Shown here: one piece after another, positions 1 through 9,312 of the stretch | How positions within the stretch are numbered: the stretch's first letter is position 1 | Layout of the letters: every line of letters starts with the position of its first letter | DNA from: Bdellovibrionales bacterium | GTDB lineage: Bacteria > Bdellovibrionota > Bdellovibrionia > Bdellovibrionales > UBA1609 | Assembly: GCA_965205945.1 (NCBI GenBank) | Contig: CBDBIB010000002.1 | Coordinates: 96,001 to 160,000, forward strand | Length of the DNA stretch: 64,000 nt | Direction of reading: 5' to 3' | Notes under the pieces: model-generated | Seen by the model: only the letters and a program-made list of their open reading frames with translations | What the model was told of the DNA's origin: nothing | Database searches by the model: none | Made by a program: the position numbers and the translations under genes

Positions 1-647
1 ATATTATCTCCTGATAAGTTTAAGGAGAGTTCTTTGTAACCTTCTTTGAAAAATTTAAAATTATAATTTCCTGAGGGGTTAAGGTTAATTGTTCCAATGG
101 TGAGCACACCATTAAAATAAATATGGGTATTCTCATCTGCTAAAGCAGATAGATCATAAGGAAAAGAGTAATTTTTTATTTCTTCTAATTTTATTGTATA
201 ATTACGAATAATATCAGGGTTAAATATTTGATCAGAGAGTTTGTAATCAGGATTAAATAACAATCCTTGCTTAATCCAAAAATTAGATTTAATGCGTTCA
301 AGATTTGAGAGTCGAAAATAGCTTTCTGAAATATGATTTTGAGCTTTTTTGGAAAAAATAAAATGAGATTTTAATTCAGTGAGTTCTTTAAAAAGATAAA
401 TTGAAGGGGTTAAGTCTTCTAAAAGTAAGCCTTTTACAGCAAGACTATGTTTATCAGAAATAGTTTTTTCACTAGATAAGAGTTGTTTTTCCATAAGGAG
501 ATTTGTGAGAGATTTTTTATTAGAATTCTTTTTTAAATATAAATTAAAATTATTAATCTGTTTTGGGTTTCCAAGGGTAATAACGTTTGCATGGGAGAAT
601 GTAAAATGGGTTATTATGAGTAATGATAAGAATATACTTTTTTTCAT
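1..647 (-). CDS. Secreted hypothetical protein of the Flp/Tad cluster (partial, runs off window)
   Basis: Not in the ORF track because it has no stop in the window. GGAGG RBS then ATG at 647; MKKSIFLSLLIITHFTFSHA is signal-peptide-like. Frame checked by eye near both ends only. Confidence 0.7.
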   Translation of the reverse strand, partial: MKKSIFLSLLIITHFTFSHANVITLGNPKQINNFNLYLKKNSNKKSLTNLLMEKQLLSSEKTISDKHSLAVKGLLLEDLTPSIYLFKELTELKSHFIFSKKAQNHISESYFRLSNLERIKSNFWIKQGLLFNPDYKLSDQIFNPDIIRNYTIKLEEIKNYSFPYDLSALADENTHIYFNGVLTIGTINLNPSGNYNFKFFKEGYKELSLNLSGDN

Positions 648-648
648 A

Positions 649-1134
649 TTAACCTCCAAATGTAATTTTATTTTTAGATTTTTTATTTAACATCCAAACA
701 GGGGGTTTGTTTATATATTTTTGCAAAGCTATTTTAAATTCTAGTCCAAAAGAGGCTAATTTATTAGCAATATCTACAGGAACTACAAATGCTAAATGAG
801 AAGGATCTTTTGGAGCCCTTAAAATCTTAATGTTTTTTGCAATTAAAGTGCCTGTTTTAGGGTTATATACTTGAACGATATTGTAGGCACTAAGGAGGGG
901 TTGAATATGTTCAAAATTTACAGCCTGAAAAGGGTAGAGAATATAACCTTGTGGAATCATAACGGCTAAATTGATTTCTAGTTCTTTTAAAGCTGGTTTT
1001 TTTAAGTCAGAATTGTCTTTAAGCATATAAATCAGTAGTGAAATAATGAAAGATATTGTAAGCCCTAAGATAACCTTAAAACGTTCTTCATTAGTATTTT
1101 TAAAGATATAGGCTTTGAATTTTTGTATGTTCAA
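649..1134 (-). CDS. Pilus-cluster membrane protein, possibly CpaB/RcpC-like
   Basis: TTG start after GGAGA; single N-terminal TM segment; IPQGYILYPF...KILRAP motif; lies in the pilin operon. Confidence 0.5.
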   Translation of the reverse strand: MNIQKFKAYIFKNTNEERFKVILGLTISFIISLLIYMLKDNSDLKKPALKELEINLAVMIPQGYILYPFQAVNFEHIQPLLSAYNIVQVYNPKTGTLIAKNIKILRAPKDPSHLAFVVPVDIANKLASFGLEFKIALQKYINKPPVWMLNKKSKNKITFGG

Positions 1135-1252
1135 TTTCTTTCTCCAAGGTTTTAAATTTTGAGGATTTAAGAAAACAAAGGAAGATTAATAAAATAGGAA
1201 TAATGATTAGCAATTCAATGCTTAGTTGTCCAGAATTAATTTTATATTTGAT
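1100..1252 (-). CDS. Small TadE-like pseudopilin
   Basis: G|QLSIE class III signal-peptide motif followed by a hydrophobic helix. Start is uncertain: ATC at 1252 after AAGGAGGT, or GTG at 1288. Confidence 0.55.
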   Translation of the reverse strand: MKYKINSGQLSIELLIIIPILLIFLCFLKSSKFKTLEKEIEHTKIQSLYL

Positions 1253-1857
1253 GGTAAACCTCCTTGAATGGTAAGCGTGCTTCCACATTTAAAATTAAAG
1301 TTTGTATTAAAATTTAGATTTTTTTTTAAAAGAGTGGGAAGTATCTTTGTTATATTGATTCTTTTATAAAATATAGTTTTCTTTTTATTTTGATAATCTT
1401 TTTGTAAGCGGTAACTTGGGCTATCTGAATTTTTAGGATAAGCTTTAACAAGCAGACCTTGAGGAGGGCTGGTTGATAGATATCCATTTTTAAAGAGTTT
1501 TCTAGATCTTTTATAAGAATCTAGAGTTGCTTGATATAAAATATTTTTCTGATATGTGACAAGAGTTTTTTGAAGAACTTTTACACTATTTAAAGCTGCT
1601 AAAGCAGCGGCTTTGGCATAAGCAGGAGCTAATTTATATGTGATCTCTAAAGCCTTTCTTGATGCTCTTAGAGTAAAGGCCGTATTATTTTTTAAGAAAA
1701 GTGCTTTAGTCAGCTTTCGGTGTGAGTGTTGAAGTTCTGTAAGTTCAGTTATACAAAATTTTAGCTCTTTAGAAATATTTTTTTTAACACCTAAGATAAA
1801 AAGAAGGCTTAAAAAAATCATAGTTAAAAATGAGAATGATAAGTAAATTAAATACAT
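1222..1857 (-). CDS. Pilus-associated membrane-anchored hypothetical protein (TadG-like position)
   Basis: N-terminal TM helix; operonic with the pilins; ATG at 1857 just after the upstream stop. Confidence 0.5.
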   Translation of the reverse strand: MYLIYLSFSFLTMIFLSLLFILGVKKNISKELKFCITELTELQHSHRKLTKALFLKNNTAFTLRASRKALEITYKLAPAYAKAAALAALNSVKVLQKTLVTYQKNILYQATLDSYKRSRKLFKNGYLSTSPPQGLLVKAYPKNSDSPSYRLQKDYQNKKKTIFYKRINITKILPTLLKKNLNFNTNFNFKCGSTLTIQGGLPSNIKLILDN

Positions 1858-1861
1858 GAGC

Positions 1862-2209
1862 TTATTTTTGTTTTTGAAGTTTTTGAGACCATATAAAGTC
1901 TTTTCCAAAGAAAGAAGATTTAACCTTAACTTTATTAATAGAACCTTTTAAGGAGAGTTTTACTGAAATATTTTTTTGAAAGAATAAAAGCCGTTTTAAT
2001 TGATGTGTTAAATTATTTTTACATTTATAATTTGAAGAGTTTAAGCTTTCTAAGCAAAGAAGACTTTTTTGCATATAAAACTCAGAAATATATTTTGCAT
2101 AAATTAAATAAACAATGCAGGAACTCCCCATAAATAGGAGAAGTATCACTTTTAAAGTCAGCAGGGCTTCAAGTGTAGCTTGTCCTAAGTTCTTCATATT
2201 AATTGTCAC
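1862..2209 (-). CDS. TadE-like pseudopilin
   Basis: MKNLG|QATLE prepilin motif plus hydrophobic helix. Confidence 0.7.
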   Translation of the reverse strand: MTINMKNLGQATLEALLTLKVILLLFMGSSCIVYLIYAKYISEFYMQKSLLCLESLNSSNYKCKNNLTHQLKRLLFFQKNISVKLSLKGSINKVKVKSSFFGKDFIWSQKLQKQK

Positions 2210-2453
2210 CTTTATTAGAAGAATTTTTTAAAAAATTACTTAAATCCTTTTGACTGTGGTGACTGTCATTAATTCCTATAGATTTTATTTTTGTAGAATG
2301 GTTGCCTTGAAGTGCATTAGTGATATTTGAAAGTTGAGCTCTTGTAGTTTGCCCAAGAACTCGAATAACACCAATTGAAGAGATGGCAATTAAAGCGACT
2401 AGTATGAGATACTCTGTTAAACTTTGTCCAAGTTGTTTTTCTCTATTTTGCAT
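2199..2453 (-). CDS. flp: Flp family type IVb pilin
   Basis: G|QSLTEYLILVALIAI: Flp motif with E+5/Y+6; 84 aa. Confidence 0.88.
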   Translation of the reverse strand: MQNREKQLGQSLTEYLILVALIAISSIGVIRVLGQTTRAQLSNITNALQGNHSTKIKSIGINDSHHSQKDLSNFLKNSSNKGDN

Positions 2454-2738
2454 ATAAAGCTATCCTTTAATAAGAAGATCTTATGCAAAAAAAAGGAGTC
2501 ACTTGAAAAAGTAGTTTTAGATGATTTGACTAAAAAAATATCCGATTATTGGTTTAGTTCACCATAACCATTGTTTATAAACTAAGCTAGAAATCTTTGA
2601 TAATGGTTGGTTATATTTTTATTACCGTTTTTTAAAACTCTAGGGGAATTATATTGATTTTTTTAACTTTTTTTATTTAAAGATCAGAAAGGCTTAAAGA
2701 TTCTAGGAATATTTTTTAGATATAGTTTTAAAGTTGGA

Positions 2739-3044
2739 TTATTTTATTTTCTTTTTTTTAGAGGTTTTTTTTGATTTAACAGAGGGATTTGCAGCTTTTG
2801 CTTTTTTACGAGCTAGTTGGCGTTCTTTTTTGCGCTCCTCTTTCTCTATGATTCTAAGCTCTTCTCGCTCATCCTGGATAACGGTAAGGATGGCCAGGGC
2901 CTCTTCTCTTAAATCATTTTCATTTACAAATCTGTAAAAAGCTTCAATTTCAGGGCTTTGCTTAAATCTTTTTGCTGTAGATGGAACAGCCTCATCTGCT
3001 TTAAAATCAATTGTTCCATCAGTGCTGACTTTTACTTTTTCCAT
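2739..3044 (-). CDS. Hypothetical protein with Lys-rich C-terminus
   Basis: 101-aa ORF with RBS; helical core (FYRFVNENDLREEAL) and a basic tail. Confidence 0.7.
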   Translation of the reverse strand: MEKVKVSTDGTIDFKADEAVPSTAKRFKQSPEIEAFYRFVNENDLREEALAILTVIQDEREELRIIEKEERKKERQLARKKAKAANPSVKSKKTSKKKKIK

Positions 3045-3143
3045 ATGACTCTACCTTATATTTATGTTTAATATTTTAAATCAATATAGTAAAAAGAGCA
3101 ATAAATATATACCTGCAGTATTTTGCAGATAGTAGGGGATTAT

Positions 3144-3989
3144 ATGCTTATTTTAGATGGTAAAAAATCAGCTCAAATACGTATTCAAGGTTTTAAAAAG
3201 AGAGTTGCTAATATAACAAAGAAGCTAGGAAGAAGCCCAAATCTTTTGGCAGTATTGGTTGGAGAAGATCCTGCAAGTAAAATTTATGTAGATCATAAAA
3301 AAAAGCAGTGCTCTAAAGTAGGTATACAAAGCACAGTTATAGGGCTTTCAGAAAAAATCACACAAGTTGAGTTGATATCTGAAATTGACAAATTTAATAA
3401 AAATAATTGTATTGATGGCATATTGGTTCAACTGCCTCTTCCAGATCATCTTTTAAGTTTTGATCCATCAAATTATATTTTAGATCAAAAAGATGTTGAT
3501 GGGTTAACTGCTAAAAATATGGGACTGATGGTTAAAGGAAGGGCTTTTGCTGAGCCCTGTACGCCAAGGGGTATTATTGAACTTTTAAAGTATTATCATA
3601 TTGAGTTAAGGGGTAAAAGAGCTGCTGTTCTTGGGCGAAGTCAAATAGTGGGATGGCCTATGGCTTGGATGCTGACTCGTGAAAATGCGACTGTTACAGT
3701 TTGTCACTCAAGAACAAAAGATTTAAAACCCATTCTTAAAGAAAGTGATTTAGTTGTTGTGGCTGTAGGAAAACCTCACTTTTTAAATAAGAACTTTTTT
3801 AAAAAAAGGGCCGTTGTAATTGATGTGGGTATACACAGACTACATTCAGGTAAACTTATAGGAGATGTTGATACTCAAGGTTTTAAGGAGAAGAATATTT
3901 CCTACTCTCCTGTTCCTGGTGGAGTAGGACCTATGACAGTGAATCAACTTGTAGGAAATTTAATAGACCTTGTGACATTAAAAGTATAA
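3144..3989 (+). CDS. folD: Methylenetetrahydrofolate dehydrogenase/cyclohydrolase
   Basis: ILDGK start, GILVQLPLP, KDVDG, PCTPRG and PVPGGVGPMT motifs. Confidence 0.97.
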   Translation: MLILDGKKSAQIRIQGFKKRVANITKKLGRSPNLLAVLVGEDPASKIYVDHKKKQCSKVGIQSTVIGLSEKITQVELISEIDKFNKNNCIDGILVQLPLPDHLLSFDPSNYILDQKDVDGLTAKNMGLMVKGRAFAEPCTPRGIIELLKYYHIELRGKRAAVLGRSQIVGWPMAWMLTRENATVTVCHSRTKDLKPILKESDLVVVAVGKPHFLNKNFFKKRAVVIDVGIHRLHSGKLIGDVDTQGFKEKNISYSPVPGGVGPMTVNQLVGNLIDLVTLKV

Positions 3990-4001
3990 GGGTTTTATAA
4001 T

Positions 4002-5075
4002 ATGAAAAAAACACCTTTGAATAAATGGCACCATGAAAATGGCGGGAAAATGATTTCTTATGCAGGATGGAATATGCCTGTGCAGTATAAAACGGGCTTA
4101 TCCGTAGAGCATAAGTTTACAAGAGAAATAGCCTCTCTTTTTGATGTTTCTCATATGGGAGAATTTAGGTTTAAAGGACCTGAAGCTTTGATGGCTTTAG
4201 AGTATTTGTCTCCAACAAATATTTCTAAGTTAAGTAAAGGGGAGTCTTGTTATAGTTTTTTTCCCAATGAAAACGGTGGAGTGATAGATGACCTTTTAGT
4301 ATATTGTTTTGTAGAAGGTGTAGATTATTTGATTTGTGTGAATGCTTTAAATACTGGAAAAATTAGTAAGCATATTAATAAATTTGCTCATAAGTTTAAA
4401 GTTTCTATTATAGATGAGTGTAGAATGTGGGCACAGATTGCTATTCAAGGGCCTAAAGCTGTAGAGATAACTAATAGAATTATTCATGGAGTTTCCTTGA
4501 TTAAACGATTTGGCTTTTTAAGCTTTGATTTTAATGGAGAAATAATATGGGTTTGTAGAACAGGTTACACAGGAGAAGATGGTTTTGAGATTTTTGTGCC
4601 ACCTGTAAAGACTGAACAACTTTGGGTATCATTGTTAGGTGAAGGGGCAAGGCCTTGTGGCTTAGCAGCAAGAGACACTTTGAGGCTTGAAGCGGCATTA
4701 AACTTATATGGAAATGAGCTTTCTGATAACTGTAATCCTTTTGAGCGTAGAATGGGGTGGACTATTGATTTTTCAAAATCTAACTTTTTAGCAAAAGATA
4801 AGCTGATTGATTTTAAAGAAAAAGCTACACGTGTTCTTATGGGCTTAAAGGTTTTAGAAAAGGCTATTCCAAGAGCGGGTTATAATGTTTTAGTCAATGA
4901 TAAAGTTGTGGGGGTTATAACTAGCGGAACAATGTCTCCAACGTTTGCAGAGCCCATAGCTATGGTTTGGATTGACAAAACAGTTGCTTGGGGAGAGAAA
5001 CAGCTTAAGGTTCAGATTAGGAATAAACAGGTAAATGCTGTAATAGTGTCTTTGCCATTTTTAAAGAAGAATTAG
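4002..5075 (+). CDS. gcvT: Glycine cleavage system aminomethyltransferase T
   Basis: LFDVSHMGE, RTGYTGEDGFEI and GLAARDTLRLEA motifs. Confidence 0.96.
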   Translation: MKKTPLNKWHHENGGKMISYAGWNMPVQYKTGLSVEHKFTREIASLFDVSHMGEFRFKGPEALMALEYLSPTNISKLSKGESCYSFFPNENGGVIDDLLVYCFVEGVDYLICVNALNTGKISKHINKFAHKFKVSIIDECRMWAQIAIQGPKAVEITNRIIHGVSLIKRFGFLSFDFNGEIIWVCRTGYTGEDGFEIFVPPVKTEQLWVSLLGEGARPCGLAARDTLRLEAALNLYGNELSDNCNPFERRMGWTIDFSKSNFLAKDKLIDFKEKATRVLMGLKVLEKAIPRAGYNVLVNDKVVGVITSGTMSPTFAEPIAMVWIDKTVAWGEKQLKVQIRNKQVNAVIVSLPFLKKN

Positions 5076-5103
5076 AAAATTATTACCAATAAAAGGGGTT
5101 TAA

Positions 5104-5490
5104 ATGGCGTATAAAGTACCAGAAGATATTTATTATACTAAAGAACATGAGTGGGCTTACGTTGATGAGAATATTGTTACTGTAGGTGTAACGTCTTTTG
5201 CTCAAGAAAGTTTAGGAGAAATTGTTTATGCTGAGCTTCCTGATGAAGGGCAAAAAGTTACTCAAAATGAGCCTTTTGGAGTAATTGAAAGCGTTAAAGC
5301 AGTTAGTGACCTTGTTTCTCCTGTAACAGGGACTGTAATTGAAACAAATGCTGTCTTAGTGGATAAACCTGGAATTCTTAATGATGATCCATGGAATGAT
5401 GGCTGGTTGATTCGAATTGAAATGGATACAGAAAAAGAACTAGCCTCACTACTAAAAGCTTCAGAATATAAAAAATTAATTGATAAATAA
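5104..5490 (+). CDS. gcvH: Glycine cleavage system H protein
   Basis: YTKEHEW and ESVKAVSD lipoyl-lysine motif. Confidence 0.97.
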   Translation: MAYKVPEDIYYTKEHEWAYVDENIVTVGVTSFAQESLGEIVYAELPDEGQKVTQNEPFGVIESVKAVSDLVSPVTGTVIETNAVLVDKPGILNDDPWNDGWLIRIEMDTEKELASLLKASEYKKLIDK

Positions 5491-5537
5491 AGAAAAGTTT
5501 CTTACATTAAATTTTTAATATTAATAATAGATTACGT

Positions 5538-5622
5538 GCCCGTGTGGTGGAATTGGCAGACACGCTAGACTTAGGATCTAGTGCCGCAAGGCTTGGAGGT
5601 TCGACCCCTCTCGCGGGTACCA
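5538..5622 (+). tRNA. tRNA-Leu(TAG)
   Basis: Acceptor stem GCCCGTG/CGCGGGT, D loop GGAATTGGCAGAC, anticodon arm CTAGA-CTTAGGA-TCTAG, long variable arm, GGTTCGAC T loop, encoded CCA. Confidence 0.97.
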
Positions 5623-5682
5623 TACGTTTTGTTGGGATTTGAGCCCCAAACCAAAATTAACAGCAAAAGAAGCTTAACTATC

Positions 5683-5952
5683 TTAAATTTTATTTTTAGG
5701 TTTAGAATTTATACTTTTATGAAGAATAAAACTGAGGCCAAGTTTGAGGTAGTCTTTTAAATATCGTTGAATTGTTCTTCTTGATTTATTTAAAATTTTT
5801 TGAGCATTTAGAATACTTATTTTTTCATTATCAATTTTAAGCTGTTTTGTTGAATTTATAATCACTGCCTACCTCGCCCCTTCATTTTATTATTTAAAAT
5901 ATAATACAATAATTTAACGCTGTGTGAGTGTCAGTTTCCCTTGGTAATGACA
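5683..5952 (-). mobile_element. Truncated IS1202/ISNCY-like insertion sequence (left end plus N-terminal HTH fragment)
   Basis: 60-aa ORF KISILNAQKILNKSRRTIQRYLKDY..G..FILHK....KPKNK resembles the N-terminal HTH of these transposases. TGTCATTACCAAGGGAAACTGACA (5952-5929) is a candidate terminus. Confidence 0.6.
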
Positions 5953-6171
5953 CACGCCCTAGTTTCTTCTTCTGGTGAGAAAGTGAGATTGGTGCTCCCG
6001 AGTGTTTATAGAAGTCTTCTTGAGACCTGTTTTACTATATTAGTGGTAGATTTAAGTTGTTGATTTTTATAGACTTATTGGATTTAGATGTTTTTTCTAC
6101 AACAAAATGACATATAAATTGTAGTTTGTGACAAAATATATTTTAATATTAGTAGAAAGGGTTGAGAGTAT

Positions 6172-7428
6172 ATGGTTTTAAAAGAAGAGTTTGAATTTTT
6201 AAATAGTGACCTTTGGTTAAAGTACACTCAAGAAAAATACACCCCTTTAGACGACATTAAGTATCGCTTGGATAAGCTTGGTATTTTAAAGAGCAATTGG
6301 TCGGAGTTAAGACAAAAAATACAAATATATAGAAAGATGAGTGCTGTGCCATTTTTTCTAAAGTCCATTGATAAGAGATTTTGGTATTTTCCTTCAGATT
6401 CGATTAATAAAAAAATACATCGTGTAGAAAGCTTGGGAAATAAGTTGTTCGAAAAAATAGAAAATCATAGCTCATTTAAAATAGAATTTTTAGCAAATGC
6501 AGCTGTGGAAGAGGCTGTAGCATCTGCAATTTATGAAGGTGCTAACAGTACTCGTTTAAAAGCTAAGGCTTTAATTGCTTCAGGAAATAAACCTAAGGAT
6601 AAAGATGAGTGGATGTTAGTTAATAATCACCTAGCAATGAGGTGGGTTAAAGAGAATTCAAAACTTCCTGTATCCCATGGTCTGGTCTTAAAAATACATG
6701 AAATAGTTTCAAAAAATACTCTTCAGGGAGATGATATAAGTTTTTGTGGAAAGTTTAGAAATGATGTTGTTTATGTGGGGAATCATCAGGGAACTATTCA
6801 TAGAAAAATAAAGGAAGCTTTAACTGAGGTAATAGAATTAACGACAAATCACCCTCGCTTTCTACATAGCTTAATTAAGGGAATCTTGCTTCACTATTTC
6901 GTTGCATATATCCATCCATTTTTTGATGGGAACGGTCGTACTGCAAGAACATTATTTTATTTTAAGGCTATAAAAAATGATTTAAAATTTGTTGAATTAT
7001 TATCAATTTCAGCAGACTTAAAAGAGCATGGAAAAAGATACAAAAGGTCTTTTGATTTAGTGAATGAACATGAGTTGGATATAACTTTCTTTATAGATTT
7101 TTGTTTGGATTCTTTAGTTACATCTTTAGGTAAGGTTGAGAAAAAAGTTAATTACTTATTTGATATTTCATTGCTTATTGAAAAAGAAGGACTTACTTTT
7201 AACCAAGTGTCATTGTTGCAAAGGATGGCATTAAATAAATATAGAGCAACATCAATAGAGAAATATGCTAGAGAAATTAGGAAATCTCGTGAGATAGCAA
7301 GGCGGGAATTAAAAGATTTGCTTAAAAAGGCTTATTTAAAAGAAGAAAAGAAAGGTAGAAAATTTATTTACTACGTGAATAGTAAAGAGCTAAGGGCGAG
7401 AGTTGTAGGGTTAAACTACCGCAGTTAA
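6172..7428 (+). CDS. Fic family protein (class II) with probable C-terminal winged HTH
   Basis: Canonical HPFFDGNGRTAR Fic motif; SAIYEG inhibitory motif upstream; REIARRELKDL...GRKFIY tail. Confidence 0.92.
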   Translation: MVLKEEFEFLNSDLWLKYTQEKYTPLDDIKYRLDKLGILKSNWSELRQKIQIYRKMSAVPFFLKSIDKRFWYFPSDSINKKIHRVESLGNKLFEKIENHSSFKIEFLANAAVEEAVASAIYEGANSTRLKAKALIASGNKPKDKDEWMLVNNHLAMRWVKENSKLPVSHGLVLKIHEIVSKNTLQGDDISFCGKFRNDVVYVGNHQGTIHRKIKEALTEVIELTTNHPRFLHSLIKGILLHYFVAYIHPFFDGNGRTARTLFYFKAIKNDLKFVELLSISADLKEHGKRYKRSFDLVNEHELDITFFIDFCLDSLVTSLGKVEKKVNYLFDISLLIEKEGLTFNQVSLLQRMALNKYRATSIEKYAREIRKSREIARRELKDLLKKAYLKEEKKGRKFIYYVNSKELRARVVGLNYRS

Positions 7429-8086
7429 ACCCTCTAACAAACCCCACGTCCTAATTCAGAATAGTCTATAGGCTTAGATTTCATGCTAATGGTGTTATTT
7501 TTAGAAAGCGGGAAGCGGATTTTAGTTTTAGTTAAATAGTAATAACTAGATTTTGGTATGTTTAAAACACCACATCCAATGGTGTTTCCGGACAAGATCC
7601 CACTATTATCTTCAAGGTATTTATCACTTGGTATGCGTTCATTTGATCTGCTCTGTAAAATTTAAATCACAAGGCCTCTCGCTTCATGTGCAACAACGCC
7701 CTTTTATTGTTGTTTTTTTCGGAGTTATAATAATATCCAGAGATTTGTATTCGGCCTGAAAAGTTATGAATATTAGTTTTTGGAGGAATGTGAGCTTTAG
7801 CAAGGTAAAGGAATAAGTCATTAAACTCTAAGAGGTCTGAGTTTGTTTGTGCTCTAAGTTCATTTATATCATTATAAATACTTTTTGTTTTTAAATTAAA
7901 ATTAGTTAAAATTTTTTCTTTTAGTGACCCTGAGATTTGAAGAATAGAATTTTCTTTTTGTAGAGTAAAGAAATTTATAAAAAAGCTATTTTTTTCCAGA
8001 GAAATCTTGTGTTTAAGTGAAAATTATCTTTTAAAAATTATGTTCATATAACAGATCAGGCCAGAATTGATTGGGGGAGAAAAATA

Positions 8087-8186
8087 TTTTGAAAAAACTG
8101 GGGACAGCTATGGGGACATTACTACTATTGTCTAGTAATTTAAATAAGATACGAGATTATTTTTTACCTCTCTCGCAGGTACCATA
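8087..8186 (+). repeat. att-like repeat copy 1 (~100 bp, ending in a degenerate tRNA-Leu 3' end)
   Basis: ACCTCTCTCGCAGGTACCATA (8166-8186) vs tRNA ACCCCTCTCGCGGGTACCATA; the upstream ~80 bp recurs at 9050-9120; contains TGGGGACA twice. Confidence 0.75.
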
Positions 8187-8329
8187 TATAAAATGCCAGT
8201 ATATTGCATCTAATTCTTTTAAGTATTATCAAGTCAAATATAGCAGCAAAACAGATATAAATCCTTGTTTTTTTTTAAGGTTTTATTGGGTGCTTTTGTT
8301 CCGACACAAGAGACGTGTGCAACCATACG

Positions 8330-8734
8330 TTAGTAACAATTACTACTAGGAATGTGAAATTTATCGGACCAATAAACAGAATGATTAATGTAAGGAAATA
8401 TATTCTTATTCATATGTAATTCCATTTCTCCAGAAAAGACATTTTCATGTTCAAATGAAAGTTTGAGATATCCACCAAACCTTAAATTTAAATTCCAATC
8501 AGAGTCGCCATTTCCATATGAAATAAAGGAAAGCACAGTGCTTACTTCTCCACTCTCTCCATGGTCTTGAGTTGAAAAAGATAGCTTTCTTCCTGTTTCT
8601 AATGATTGAATTTCTAATATTCCATTTGAATCTGACATTGAATACCTAAACAAAGCACTCTCACATACTGTCGTCGCGGAAGAAATTTGAGAATAGAATA
8701 AAATTAAGACAAGAAAATAAGTAGTGATTTTCAT
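8330..8734 (-). CDS. Secreted hypothetical protein
   Basis: GGAG RBS; signal peptide MKITTYFLVLILFYSQISSA; one Cys near each end of the mature protein. Confidence 0.75.
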   Translation of the reverse strand: MKITTYFLVLILFYSQISSATTVCESALFRYSMSDSNGILEIQSLETGRKLSFSTQDHGESGEVSTVLSFISYGNGDSDWNLNLRFGGYLKLSFEHENVFSGEMELHMNKNIFPYINHSVYWSDKFHIPSSNCY

Positions 8735-8972
8735 ATGAGCTCTCCAAATATACCGTTTATAACCTAAGCATAGATAACAAACATTCGTTTAAAATTCAGT
8801 ATATAAGTTCTTGTATGCAATAAAGCAAGGGTTTATTTTTGTTCTTCGTTTTAAATTTCCGAGTGATTACAGTTGACTTGGAGGTTTTTTTTATGGAAAA
8901 TTCAGCCACTTTTGTAAAGCTTTCTAAATTTTTAAAGTTTGCCTTTAAAAACGAGATTTCTCAAACGTAAAG

Positions 8973-9002
8973 AAAAAGGCGACTTTAAGGTCTTGCCTTT
9001 TT
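8973..9002. terminator. Bidirectional terminator-like hairpin
   Basis: AAAAAGGCGAC-TTTAAG-GTCTTGCCTTTTT. Confidence 0.45.
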
Positions 9003-9049
9003 ATCATTTCTTAGTTTTGTCGTTTAGGGCGTAATTATTTATCTGGTGA

Positions 9050-9157
9050 TTTTGAAAAAACTGGGGGTAATACTACTATTATCTAGTAATTTAAAATAAG
9101 ACACGAGATTGTTTTTTTACCCCTTTTGTGGATGGCATACGTTTTATTGGGTTTAGA
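9050..9157 (+). repeat. att-like repeat copy 2
   Basis: Degenerate copy of 8087-8186, continuing CATACGTTTTATTGGG, which matches the tRNA 3' flank CATACGTTTTGTTGGG. Confidence 0.7.
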
Positions 9158-9312
9158 CTTTGATAAAAACCAAATAGGAGAGGCCTAAAGATCAGGCAGT
9201 ACTTATAAAAGAAAAGTAAGAAACCATGGGCTTTTAATTTTTTAGGGTTTTATATGCAGAATAAAAAGAAATAATAATTTCACTGTATTTGTTAAAATAA
9301 AGAAAGAAAACT

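Noticed and set aside
2483..2502. Sigma-54 promoter upstream of flp
   Set aside because: TGAC instead of TGGC, and spacing to the -12 GC is 2 nt too long (across a T8 run).
7545..7770. 68-aa plus-strand ORF, or a minus-strand pseudogene fragment
   Set aside because: The plus ORF has no RBS or recognisable motif. The minus strand looks like interrupted coding sequence but no family could be assigned.
8071..8349. 92-aa ORF
   Set aside because: It runs across the att-like repeat and overlaps the 3' end of the opposite gene; probably spurious.
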